Origin: a virus | Taxonomy: Duplodnaviria; Caudoviricetes | IMG/VR virus record: IMGVR_UViG_3300032138_000524 | Coordinates: 1-64,000 of that record | Length of the DNA: 64,000 bases | Reading direction: 5' to 3' (one strand) | Shown: piece after piece, positions 9,945 to 20,600 of the stretch | How positions within the stretch are numbered: the stretch's first letter is position 1 | How the letters are laid out: every line of letters starts with the position of its first letter | Translations under genes and position numbers: made by a program | The notes under the pieces: generated by a model | What the model was told of the DNA's origin: nothing | Database searches by the model: none | Seen by the model: only the letters and a program-made list of their open reading frames with translations

Positions 9945-10831
9945 AACAATTAGATCCCACATTAACAGGTTCAATGAAACTTTCTGGTAGTTTAGAAGTT
10001 ACTGGTTCTGTTGGATTGACAGGTGTATCCACAATTGGTCTTGGTGATACTTATATTGATTATACACAAGATGATGAAATTAATTTTTGGGCTGGTGGTG
10101 AAAGGTTATTAAAGTTAGATGAAGCTGGTGATGATGAAGTAGTTGTTGGAGATAGTGGTCATGTAAATTTTAGAGTTGCAACATCTGGTGTAGGATATAA
10201 TCTTTATGTAAAAAGTGAAAATGCTGGTGGTGTTGATAATTCAGTAGGTATTCGAAATAGTTCACCACAATCTGTATTGGATGTTACTGGTGATTTAAAA
10301 GTTTCTTCTCATATTACTTCCAGTGCAAATATAAGTTCAAGTGGAATAGTAACCGCAGAACATTTTTATTCAAGTGATGATATTGAAACTGTGGGTACTG
10401 GAACGGTAACTTCTGGATATGGAGTTGTGGGTTATTCATTACTTGTAAATAATAATGCACATGGTGGTGGAGATTTTAGGGTAAAATCAGTTAATAATAA
10501 CTACCATATATTTTCAGATTCGAATCAAGATAAAGTAGGTATTGGTTTCTCTACATCTCCTACATTATTATCATCATTACACGTAGGTGGAGATATAACA
10601 GCTACTCATGTAACAGCAAGTGGAAATATAAGTGCAAGTGGTACAATATATGCAGACAATTTTACATCAACAGGGAGAGATGTAGCAGGAATTTCATTCG
10701 CTGATGATTTAAATATAACAGGACATATTACTTCGAGTGGTGATATAAATACAACTGCAGGTAGAGTTTTTGAAGCAGGAACATCAGTAATAGACCACGC
10801 AACAGCGATGGCAATAGTTTTTGGGGGATAA
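9926..10831 (+). CDS. Tail fibre-like structural protein
   Basis: Repeated VTGS/HITSSGNISASG and VGIG/LDVTG motifs; ends ATAMAIVFGG. Confidence 0.6.
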   Translation: MAYIGLKQLDPTLTGSMKLSGSLEVTGSVGLTGVSTIGLGDTYIDYTQDDEINFWAGGERLLKLDEAGDDEVVVGDSGHVNFRVATSGVGYNLYVKSENAGGVDNSVGIRNSSPQSVLDVTGDLKVSSHITSSANISSSGIVTAEHFYSSDDIETVGTGTVTSGYGVVGYSLLVNNNAHGGGDFRVKSVNNNYHIFSDSNQDKVGIGFSTSPTLLSSLHVGGDITATHVTASGNISASGTIYADNFTSTGRDVAGISFADDLNITGHITSSGDINTTAGRVFEAGTSVIDHATAMAIVFGG

Positions 10832-10844
10832 AGGAGAATAAAGT

Positions 10845-11171
10845 ATGGCAAATACATTTACAAGTGCAGCAACAGGGTCAAGGACAGACTTATTAACTTT
10901 ATATACTTGTCCAGTAAGTACAACTGCTGTTGTTCATGCAATATATTTAAGTAATGTAGATGGAACAAATGATGCTACAGTTAATGTGGCAGTTAGTGGA
11001 AGTGCAAATTTTACTGATAGACGGTATTTACTAAAAACAGTTGATGTTGCAGCAGATTCTACGGTAGTAGTTGAAAAACCAATTAATTTATCAGCGGGTG
11101 ATAAATTGGAAACACAAGCATCTGCTAATGGTGACATTGACGTTTTTGCAAGTATATTAGAAATGACATAA
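10845..11171 (+). CDS. Small virion structural protein
   Basis: MANTF...LSNVDGT...LSAGDKL...SILEMT pattern typical of small fibre-associated phage proteins; AAGGAG RBS. Confidence 0.55.
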   Translation: MANTFTSAATGSRTDLLTLYTCPVSTTAVVHAIYLSNVDGTNDATVNVAVSGSANFTDRRYLLKTVDVAADSTVVVEKPINLSAGDKLETQASANGDIDVFASILEMT

Positions 11172-11172
11172 T

Positions 11173-13551
11173 ATGAAATCTATTGGTAAAGAGATAAGAA
11201 GAAGAAGAATCAAGATAAAGGGTAAACCTTTAATTGTTACTGGTTCATATATCAATATTGATAGAGGAGCGGCTTCTGGTTCGACTGCAATTTATACCAA
11301 TAATGTTCAAAATGGATATCCAACTTCTAATCCTTGGGGACAGGGTTTAGAAGGTAGTTATTTTAATAATTTTGATAACACAACTCATGTATCTGAAGTT
11401 TTAAGATTTGTGGCTGGAATAATTAGTCATTCAATAGATACATCATCACCAACTGCAAATACAAAATATTGGAATACACTTTCCACTACTCATACACAAG
11501 GTTCAACCACAAGTAAAGGTTCATTGTTAGATGGAGTATTAGGTTCAACTTATGAAGATGCAAGGTTATCACAACATTGGACTTCATCAGCATTTATAGA
11601 TATGGGTGAAACTGGTTCTTATAAGTCTGTTCAAGATTATTTAACATTAAAAGGTTGGGTTGTATCGGGTGATTTAGGTGATTTTGGAAACGATACAGGA
11701 ACAAATCCATTTCATGGAAGTTACGCTTCTCGTATACCATCAACAATACAGACACAGGCTACTCTTGGAACAAATAGTTTTACCGTAACAGCAAATGCAG
11801 GTGGTTCAAGTGCAGTTTATAGTAATTCTAACTATTTTGGAATGGGTGGATTAACAAGTGGTGGAGCAACAGCTTTTCATGTAAGAGTATTGGCATCACA
11901 TTCATTTAGTGATAATTACGCAGACGCTACACCAGATGAAGATTCAACATACCACACTTCTTCAAAGAAAGATTATTCTGTATCTTCATTTGGAACTACA
12001 GATGGATTAGTATTGGCAAAAATTGAATCTGCAAATCCAGCAGTTATACCTGCAGCATATCAAGATGGAGATTTTAATAGTGTGACGGGTACAATTAGTG
12101 GAAGATTTTATACTGGTGGAGCAACAAGTGCAACAAGTATTTCTGCAAGTGGATACTATGCAACACACGATGTCGTAGCAGGATTAAAATCAGGTTCACA
12201 AGGAAGTTATGTATATAAAAATGGAAGTGATTCAACAACAAGATTTTATTTATACGCAGGAAGTTTACCAAGTGATATTACAGATAGTCAACCTACTGCA
12301 GTAGTAACAAGTAGTGCAAAAATAACTGCATATGCAGCAACATCAAGAAGTTTAAGTGGGGCCCCTTATTTATTAACAAATACATATACAGTTACTTTTG
12401 ATTCAGAAGTTAGTAAATCATTTGATCCCGCCTACGGATATGCATCTTCACCGTTGGTTAATAGTAATACAACTGATACTTGGGAGAATATAGGTTCAAC
12501 AACTTTATCTAATACTACTGTATCGGTAACTAATAGTGGAGTTCAATCCACAGGAGTAAATACTTATGTTATAGATAGCACTAAAAGTACAAAAAGAAGC
12601 TCAAGTGGAATTCCACATAGGTCAGATATAGCAGTAATAAGTTCTTCTCTTTCTTTTACTTTAGATAGTAATACTGAAAATGTAGGACAGAATCGTTCAT
12701 CGAATAATACTTTAAATTATAATTTAATATTTAGAGCAAGAGGTAGAAATTGGAAAAATACTTCAGCAGATTCTACTTCAGGTACAATATCATTATGGGA
12801 TGCAGCAAGATTTGGACAAAATTCTGATAGTGGAAGTATGGCAGTTTATAGTAGAGCACAAGGATATGATACAAATACCTTGCAAGATACAACTGAAACA
12901 TTTACGGGTGAAGATTTTAGAATAGTATTGGCAGATAATGTTCAAACATTTACTGGAGCATATTTTACAACCGATAGTTTTCAAACTAATGATGAAGGAG
13001 ATAGTACATTAGGACAAAATGATTTACAAGTAAAACCAGGGTATTTGGTAGATCCAACTGGTAGTTATGGATATTGGTTTACGAGTGATAGTTTACCAGC
13101 AAGTAGTGCAGGGTATAGATATTATATACGAAGATTTCAAACAGCCGGTAGTACATATTCAAGTATGACGGTTAATTTAAGTAGTAAAACATTAGTGGCT
13201 TGGAACGCAACTACTTCTGATAGTATAGCCTGTGCTATATTATTCGAGAGTTCGGGTAAAAATAGTGGTAATAATAGTTCTTTGGGTGTAGCAAGAATAT
13301 ATGACCCAGTAAAAACCACAAGTAACTTGATTGAAGCGAACATATCACAGGATAATTTTAAAAATCCATTTTCCACGGCAATTAGTTTATATGGGAATAG
13401 TGGTGGTAGTATTTCAAGTGGAACATATACAGTTCCAATAAGAAATGCAGATGGAATGTATTTAGATAGTAACGATAATGAACTTTATGTAATAGTTAGG
13501 TATAAGGGTAATCCAGCTCCAATATCTGCAATAACATTGAGTTTTAGTTAG
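11173..13551 (+). CDS. Large Ser/Thr/Gly-rich virion structural protein
   Basis: 792 aa; composition and position within the fibre cluster. Confidence 0.55.
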   Translation: MKSIGKEIRRRRIKIKGKPLIVTGSYINIDRGAASGSTAIYTNNVQNGYPTSNPWGQGLEGSYFNNFDNTTHVSEVLRFVAGIISHSIDTSSPTANTKYWNTLSTTHTQGSTTSKGSLLDGVLGSTYEDARLSQHWTSSAFIDMGETGSYKSVQDYLTLKGWVVSGDLGDFGNDTGTNPFHGSYASRIPSTIQTQATLGTNSFTVTANAGGSSAVYSNSNYFGMGGLTSGGATAFHVRVLASHSFSDNYADATPDEDSTYHTSSKKDYSVSSFGTTDGLVLAKIESANPAVIPAAYQDGDFNSVTGTISGRFYTGGATSATSISASGYYATHDVVAGLKSGSQGSYVYKNGSDSTTRFYLYAGSLPSDITDSQPTAVVTSSAKITAYAATSRSLSGAPYLLTNTYTVTFDSEVSKSFDPAYGYASSPLVNSNTTDTWENIGSTTLSNTTVSVTNSGVQSTGVNTYVIDSTKSTKRSSSGIPHRSDIAVISSSLSFTLDSNTENVGQNRSSNNTLNYNLIFRARGRNWKNTSADSTSGTISLWDAARFGQNSDSGSMAVYSRAQGYDTNTLQDTTETFTGEDFRIVLADNVQTFTGAYFTTDSFQTNDEGDSTLGQNDLQVKPGYLVDPTGSYGYWFTSDSLPASSAGYRYYIRRFQTAGSTYSSMTVNLSSKTLVAWNATTSDSIACAILFESSGKNSGNNSSLGVARIYDPVKTTSNLIEANISQDNFKNPFSTAISLYGNSGGSISSGTYTVPIRNADGMYLDSNDNELYVIVRYKGNPAPISAITLSFS

Positions 13552-13560
13552 GAATAAGAA

Positions 13561-14646
13561 ATGGCAAAAATAGATTCAGGGTCAAAATCCAGTCGATTAT
13601 TAGCATCGCGAAGATATACTCACGATACACTTACAAGTGCACAAGAATCATTTACAAATGTACTTGATTTACAAGCATCTGAGATTTATACTCAAGCAAG
13701 TTATATACCATCTTCAGGATTACCATTTAGTGGAAGTTCTCAACAGGGTGTAACACATACTGTTTCGGGGTCAGGTGTATTAAAATATTGGTACAGACAT
13801 AAATTAACAAAATCAAATACCAATAATGAAGTTTGGTTCTTTTTAAATCCGACAGGAAGTGATAATGGAATTGGTGCACAGTTAATTAGTTCTGATCAAC
13901 AAGTTAATTTTGTATCACCAAAATATTCCACAGCTGGATTAGCAACTTCTACGACAGAAGATTCTACTCCAGGATATTTAGCAACCTTACTTAAATCGAC
14001 ATCACTTAATTCAGGTTCTTTATCTGGTGATGACATAGTTTCAACTAATGATTATATATTTGATTATAAAACTGGTATAGTTCAATTTATGAATTCTTCA
14101 GTTGATCCATCTAATAGTGATTATCTTTACATGACGGTTAATCAATATGTTGGGACTACTTTAGAAACAGGACTTGATATTCGTGGAAATGTTACAGCTT
14201 CTAATATGTTTTTAGATGGTACTATTAGATTTGGGGATTCAGATACAGATACAATTGAAGTACAAGCAGAATATAGTGGAAGTATGATTCCAGATGTGGA
14301 TAACGCGTTTGATTTAGGTGAAACTGGAAAAGAATGGAAAGATTTACATATAGACGGAACAGCTAACATAGATTCGTTAGCTGTAACAGATGCATTTACA
14401 TATGGAAGTACAACTTGGAATGAAAACGCTGGTGCAAATAGTATAACTGGTTCAGATTTCTTTTGGAAATCAACTGGAGGTGGATTTGATATCTATGATA
14501 ATAGTGATGCACTAATGTTTAAAATTGAAAATAAAGTAGCAGTGTTGGGATCAGTAACAGGAGCACCACCTACGGCAGTAGCAGGTGGAATTTATTATTC
14601 TGGCTCTGATGATTTTTATTTTGGATATGAAAATGAAGTTTCTTAA
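13561..14646 (+). CDS. Virion structural protein
   Basis: 361 aa; contains YIFDYKTGIVQF and the FGDSDTD...IPDVDNAFDLG...WKDL module shared with ORFs 14737 and 17674. Confidence 0.55.
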   Translation: MAKIDSGSKSSRLLASRRYTHDTLTSAQESFTNVLDLQASEIYTQASYIPSSGLPFSGSSQQGVTHTVSGSGVLKYWYRHKLTKSNTNNEVWFFLNPTGSDNGIGAQLISSDQQVNFVSPKYSTAGLATSTTEDSTPGYLATLLKSTSLNSGSLSGDDIVSTNDYIFDYKTGIVQFMNSSVDPSNSDYLYMTVNQYVGTTLETGLDIRGNVTASNMFLDGTIRFGDSDTDTIEVQAEYSGSMIPDVDNAFDLGETGKEWKDLHIDGTANIDSLAVTDAFTYGSTTWNENAGANSITGSDFFWKSTGGGFDIYDNSDALMFKIENKVAVLGSVTGAPPTAVAGGIYYSGSDDFYFGYENEVS

Positions 14647-14736
14647 TAGTTTAAGTAGAAGAATAGTAGATTAATTTAGAAAGTATATATTTATTAATGA
14701 TAAATCATATGGTTTATCTAATTTAGGAGAATTATA

Positions 14737-16968
14737 ATGGCACAATGGAGAAAAGTCGTAGTATCGGGGAGTTCCGCGGTATTAAATGAAGTATCGGCTA
14801 GTGGAAACATAGTTCCAAAAACTACAGACGGAAGTTCATTGGGAACAGCTGCACTACAATTTAGTGATTTGTTTTTAGGAGAAGGTGCTGTAATAAATTG
14901 GGATAGTGGTGATTTTACAGCAACTCAAACTAATAACCTATTAGCTCTATCTGGTGGAAACACAAGAGTAGATAGATTAGAAGTAGATTCAGCAAATGAT
15001 TATGTTGATGTAGATACAGATTTAAAAGTAGTTGCAGCAGCAGATATTACATTAGACCCAGGTGGAAATAATGTTAAACCTGGTTCAGATAATGCTGATG
15101 CACTTGGTGTTAGTGGAACTGCATGGAGTGATTTATTTCTTGGTGATGGAGCCGTTATTAATTTTAACGCTGGAGATGTGACTGCAACACATTCATCTAA
15201 TTTACTTAGTATTGCTGGTGGTAATACAAGGGTTATTAGATTAGAAATAGATAGTGCATCTGATTATTTAGATGTATCTACAGATTTACAAGTAATTGCA
15301 GCAGCAGATATTACATTAGACCCAGCAGGTGGAAATGTTAAACCAGCTTCAAATGATGACGCGGCACTTGGTGTTGCAGGAACTGGTTGGTCAGATTTAT
15401 TCTTAGCAGAGGGAGCAGTTATAAATTGGGATAGTGGTGATTTTACAGCAACTCAAGCAAATAATTTACTTACCCTTTCTGGTGGTAATACACGAGTTGA
15501 TAGATTAGAATTAGATAGTGCATCTGATTATTTAGATGTAGATACAGATTTAAAAATTGTAGCAAATGCTGATATTTCTTTAGAACCAGGAGGTTCAGAT
15601 GTTTTAATTGGGGGAAATAGATTATCAGGTTCAGCAGCATCTACAGGATCATTTGGATACTTAAATGTTCATGGTGATGGTGTTTTTGGTGGTGATTTAA
15701 CATTTGGAGATGCAGCAACCGATTCTGTTACTTTTGGAGCAGATATTAGTTCTAATCTTCTTCCAAATACAGATGATACATATGATTTAGGTTCAGCATC
15801 ACAAGCATGGCAAGATTTATTTTTAGAAGGTGATATAACCTTAACAGACGCTGGAACAATTGCAACAACTGCAGGGGCTTTGACATTAACATCGGCCGCA
15901 GCAGCCACATGGTCTACATCAGCAGGAAATCTTACTCTTGATTCAGCCGCAGGTACTTTGGTATTAGATGGACATACAGGAGTAAATATAGACGCTTCAA
16001 ATAGTGGTAAAGTAGCTATTGATGGTGCAGGTGGTATTGATATTGGTGTTGCAGCAGATGTCGCAATAGATGTTGATTCATCTACATTTGATTTAGATGC
16101 AAGTGGAGCATTAACAATGACATCTACAACTATGGCATTTGATCCATCCAGTACATTTGATATAGATGCAGCTGGAGCAGTTACTATTGATGGTAGTTCA
16201 ATTACTTTAGGTGGAGATTCAGATGTAGCATTTGATATTGATACTTCCACATTAGATATTGATTCAAGTGGAGCAATTACAATTGATTCTACCGCTGGTG
16301 TTTCTATTGATGCTGGAGCAGCATCCAATCTTTCAACTACAGCTGGGGCATTAACATTAGATGGTGCTGGTGGAATTAACATAGGAACAGCTGGAAATGT
16401 CGCAGTAGATTTTAACTCATCTACATTTGATTTAGATGCAGCTGGAGCAATAACAATAGATGGTACTTCTACTTTTTCAGTTGATGCACAAGGTGCTACT
16501 AATATTGATACTACAAGTGGTGCAATATCTATTGGTACTGCAAATAGTGGAATAGCAATTTCTATTGGTCATTCAACATCAGAAACTACGATTAATGATA
16601 ATCTTACAATTACAGGAAATTTAACTGTAAATGGGGATCAAACTATAGTTTCTACAACTAATTTAGCTGTTGAAGATAAATTCGCAGTATTTGCAAGTGG
16701 TTCAACTTCAGCTACAGATGGTGGTATTATAGTAAGTAAACAAGCCAATGGAGCAGGATTCGCGTTAGGATATGATACTGGAACAAGTAGATGGGTACTT
16801 GATGATGATTTAGCAGTAGCAGCTACAAATATTGTACCAGATGCATTTGTAGGAACGGTAGAATTGGGAACTACACACGGTGATTCACAAAGTGCACCTA
16901 CTTATGGTAGTGGAGTCGGGTCAATTTATGTAGATACGGATGATAATGAAATTTGGATTTACGCATAA
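14737..16968 (+). CDS. Repetitive tail fibre-like protein
   Basis: Three 88-aa repeats, then STFDLDAxGAITID repeats; N-terminus MAQWRKVVVSGS is shared with ORF 17275. Confidence 0.65.
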   Translation: MAQWRKVVVSGSSAVLNEVSASGNIVPKTTDGSSLGTAALQFSDLFLGEGAVINWDSGDFTATQTNNLLALSGGNTRVDRLEVDSANDYVDVDTDLKVVAAADITLDPGGNNVKPGSDNADALGVSGTAWSDLFLGDGAVINFNAGDVTATHSSNLLSIAGGNTRVIRLEIDSASDYLDVSTDLQVIAAADITLDPAGGNVKPASNDDAALGVAGTGWSDLFLAEGAVINWDSGDFTATQANNLLTLSGGNTRVDRLELDSASDYLDVDTDLKIVANADISLEPGGSDVLIGGNRLSGSAASTGSFGYLNVHGDGVFGGDLTFGDAATDSVTFGADISSNLLPNTDDTYDLGSASQAWQDLFLEGDITLTDAGTIATTAGALTLTSAAAATWSTSAGNLTLDSAAGTLVLDGHTGVNIDASNSGKVAIDGAGGIDIGVAADVAIDVDSSTFDLDASGALTMTSTTMAFDPSSTFDIDAAGAVTIDGSSITLGGDSDVAFDIDTSTLDIDSSGAITIDSTAGVSIDAGAASNLSTTAGALTLDGAGGINIGTAGNVAVDFNSSTFDLDAAGAITIDGTSTFSVDAQGATNIDTTSGAISIGTANSGIAISIGHSTSETTINDNLTITGNLTVNGDQTIVSTTNLAVEDKFAVFASGSTSATDGGIIVSKQANGAGFALGYDTGTSRWVLDDDLAVAATNIVPDAFVGTVELGTTHGDSQSAPTYGSGVGSIYVDTDDNEIWIYA
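14843..15590 (+). repeat. Three tandem 264-bp (88-aa) coding repeats
   Basis: SDLFLxxGAVINxxxGDxTAT...GGNTRVxRLExDSAxDYxDVxTDL occurs three times; ATAAATTGGGATAGTGGTGATTTTACAGCAACTCAA is identical at 14893 and 15421 (528 bp apart). Confidence 0.85.
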
Positions 16969-16995
16969 CATTAGATAAAGATAAGAGGTTTCAAA

Positions 16996-17196
16996 ATGGC
17001 AATTAATGTAAAAGGCCGTATTAAAATTATAGAGGGAAAGGCATATGTTCATCCATTGACAATCCCTGAATTAGAATTTTTATTAAAAATAGTAGCAGAA
17101 GCAGGACATAAAATGGAAGATGTTCCAAAGGTATTACAAGTAACTAAGAAGCTACGAGAAGAATATAAATCAGTTAAGGAACATCAAAAGACTTAA
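16996..17196 (+). CDS. Hypothetical protein (66 aa)
   Basis: GAGG RBS; LTIPELEFLLKIV helix; may be a fibre assembly factor by position. Confidence 0.5.
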   Translation: MAINVKGRIKIIEGKAYVHPLTIPELEFLLKIVAEAGHKMEDVPKVLQVTKKLREEYKSVKEHQKT

Positions 17197-17197
17197 T

Positions 17198-17257
17198 GTT
17201 GGCCCATCTCTATGGTAGATGATGGGAAGTGGGCTTTGAGAGAAGTAACCAACCGCG
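17198..17257 (+). promoter_or_regulatory. Candidate cis-regulatory RNA (three-way junction) in the leader of ORF 17275
   Basis: GC-rich island: P1 GTTGG/CCAAC, P2 CCCATC-TCTA/TAGA-GATGGG, P3 GCTTT-GAGA-GAAGT; ends just before the AGGAGA RBS. Confidence 0.5.
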
Positions 17258-17274
17258 ATTAGGAGATATATTAA

Positions 17275-17646
17275 ATGCCAAGTTGGAAAAAAGTATTAGT
17301 ATCGGGATCCAATGCGATTCTCAATCAAGTAACAGCAAGCGGTGGTTTTTCGGGTGATGGTTCTGGGTTAACAAGTATAACTGCAGACACTGCAAACATC
17401 GCGGTCAAAGAAGAGGGTTCTTCTCTTACATCTCAAGTAGCCAGTTTAGATTTTGTAGGTAGTAATGTAACTGCCACAACAAGTGGAAATAATGTAACAG
17501 TAACAGTTTCAGGAACAAGTGGTAATGCATTAGATAATGCTTGGGATGAGGATAATAATGAAGATTTAATGCCAGCCACAAGTAATCAAGTTGTGGATGT
17601 ACATTATGAATTAGACAGTAATAATGATATAATGCCTCGTGTATAA
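17275..17646 (+). CDS. Small fibre-associated structural protein
   Basis: MPSWKKVLVSGSNAILNQVTASG is similar to the N-terminus of ORF 14737; FSGDGSGLT and LDFVGSNVTA motifs. Confidence 0.6.
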   Translation: MPSWKKVLVSGSNAILNQVTASGGFSGDGSGLTSITADTANIAVKEEGSSLTSQVASLDFVGSNVTATTSGNNVTVTVSGTSGNALDNAWDEDNNEDLMPATSNQVVDVHYELDSNNDIMPRV

Positions 17647-17673
17647 TATTTATAATGAATAGGATAAAATAAT

Positions 17674-20600
17674 ATGGCAACGAAAAATTTAGTACCAAGA
17701 ACTGGTAGTCAAGGTGGTATTGGAACAGATACTAAACCTTGGAAAGAGGCAATATTTTCTACTGGTAGTTTTCAACTTATTAGTGGATCTTTAACTCCAG
17801 ATGCAAAAGAATCTTGGGACTTAGGTACTGCAGTTAGACCTTGGAGAGAAATTTATGTCTCAACAAGTTCAATAAATTTTGTAAACCCAACAACTGATAC
17901 AGTTATACAATCATTTTCAGCAACTTCAGATGGGTTTTCTTTTGGATCAAAAGGTGACGCTATTATTAGTGGTTCAACTATTAGTGGTTCTAAACTTCAT
18001 ATTACAGGAAATGCTTTTATAGGTGGTAATTTAACTATTGGAGATGCAGATACGGATTCTGTTAGTATATCTGCGGATTTAACTTCCAATTTAATTCCAA
18101 ATGCAGATGCAACTTATGATTTAGGAAGTACTTCAAAGGGGTGGAATGATATCCATTTGGGTTCTGGAGGAGTTATTAATTTAGATGGTGGTGATGTAAC
18201 TCTAACACACGCAGCAGGTAAAGTTACTTGGGGTGGTGATGGAGCAGTAGAAATAGATTTTAACAACCATGAAATGACTAATGTTGATATTAATAGTGGA
18301 ACTATCAACGGAATTACAGATTTAGCAGTAGCAGATGGTGGAACAGGAGCTTCAACATTCACAGATGGTGGTATATTATTAGGTAGTGGAACTGATCCAA
18401 TTACTGTAACAGCCGTTCTTGGTGATGGAGAAATTTTAATAGGTGATGGAAGTGGAGATCCAACTACATTAGATGTAGGTGCAAGTGGTGGAATTACAAC
18501 TCTCGGAACTATCTCAACAGGTGTTTGGGAAGGAACTACGGTAGCAGTAGATCAAGGTGGAACAGGAGCCACTTCTTTAAGTAATTTAATTACACTTTCA
18601 ACTCACACGACAGGAAATTATGTAGCAACTCTAACTGGTGGAACAGGAATCACATCAACAGGAGCTACAAGTGGTGAAGGAATTGCACACTCAATAAGTG
18701 TAGATGCTTCACAAACACAGATAACGGGTGTCGGTACAGTTACAACTGGTACTTGGAATTCTTCGTTGGGGGCCAACACAAATTTAGCAATTAGTGGTTC
18801 AATAGATGCAGCAACAGGTTCAATGGTTGGGAATACCAATATTACTACTTTGGGAACAATCGGAACTGGTACTTGGGAAGCAACAGATGTTGCAGTAGCA
18901 CACGGTGGAACAGGAGTGAGTACTTTAACTGATGGTGGTGTTCTACTTGGTAGTGGAACAGGAGCAATTACCGCAATGGCAGTTCTCGCCGATAGTGAAA
19001 TAATAGTTGGGGATGGAAGTGGAGATCCAGTAGCCGAGAGTGGAGCAACATTAAGAACTTCAATCGGAGTTGGAACGGGAGATTCACCACAATTTACAGC
19101 AATAGAATTAGGACACGCCAGTAATACAACGATAGCCAGATCAGGTGCTGGAGATATTACAATAGAGGGTAATCACATTTATAGAGCAGGTGGTACAGAT
19201 GTAGCAGTAGCCGATGGTGGAACAGGAGCAAGTTCATTAACTGATGGTGGTGTTCTACTTGGTAGTGGAACAAGTGCAGTAACTGCGATGGCAGTTCTCG
19301 CTGATGGAGAATTTATAGTTGGTGATGGTTCAACTGATCCAGTAGCAGAAAGTGGAGCAACTCTACGAACTTCAATCGGAGTTGGAACAGGAGATTCACC
19401 ACAATTCACCGCAGTTAATATTGGAGCAGCATCTGATACAACTTTAGCAAGAGAAGGAGCAGGTGACCTTACAGTTGAAGGTAATCATATTTACAGAGTA
19501 GGTGGAACGGATGTTTCAGTAGCCGATGGTGGAACTGGAGCAAGTTCATTAACACAAAATGGAGTTTTGATAGGTAATGGAACAAGTGCTGTAACCGCTG
19601 TAGATTTATCAACTGATGGTGTTATTGTTATCGGTGATGGTTCAGGAAATCCAACCACACTTGATGTTGGTGGAAGTGGTGGAATTACAATTCTTGGAAC
19701 TATTGCAACTGGTACTTGGGAAGGTACAACTATAGCAGTAGATCAAGGTGGAACAGGAGCCACTTCTTTAAGTAATTTAATAACATTAGGAACACATACT
19801 ACTGGTAATTATGTAGCTACAGTTGCTGACTCTGGAGGTGGTGGTATAACCGTCGCCAATAGTGGAGCAGAAAGTGCAGCAGTAACTCTTGAATTAGATA
19901 TTAATGGATTAACAACAGATACTATTGCAAGTGGTGATTTCATCGCATTTTCAGATGAAGGTGAAGGTGGAGATCCAGCAAATAAAGATACAATTGATGA
20001 TGTAGCATCATTATTCGCAGGAACAGGATTATCTGCAGCAAGTGCTGTTATTAGTATAGACGCAGCCGACACAACTACTACTTCCATTATAAATTCTTCA
20101 CTCGGTAAAATCGGAACAGCAGCAGACCAAGAATATATTACATTTGGAACTTCTAATGAAGTAAATACTTTTATAAATAATACAGAAAGACATAGTGTAA
20201 CTGCAGCAGGTGTTGATATTACAGGAGCATTAACAATTAGTGGCAACTTAACTGTAAATGGAACAACTTCTTATATTTCTTCTTCTGTACTTGATATAGG
20301 AGATAGGATTGTAACTTTAAACGCGAACAACGCAGCAGGTGATGGTGGTTTATATGTAATTGATACTGATGCTACAGAAACAGGTTCATTACTTTGGGAT
20401 GTAAGTGCAGATAGATGGATAGGTGGATTGAAAGATAGTGAAGTTAATTTAGTCACTATATCATCTACAGATACTTTAACAAATAAAACTTTAACAACAC
20501 CAACTATTGGTAATTTTTCAAACGCCACTCATACCCACGCAGATTCAGCTAATGGTGGACAGATTACTCTTGGAACTGGAACGACAGGAAATTATGTATC

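Noticed and set aside
17198-17257. Calling this element a true glnA glutamine riboswitch
   Set aside because: The resemblance is partial, key conserved nucleotides are missing and the gene context is structural; kept only as an unknown motif.
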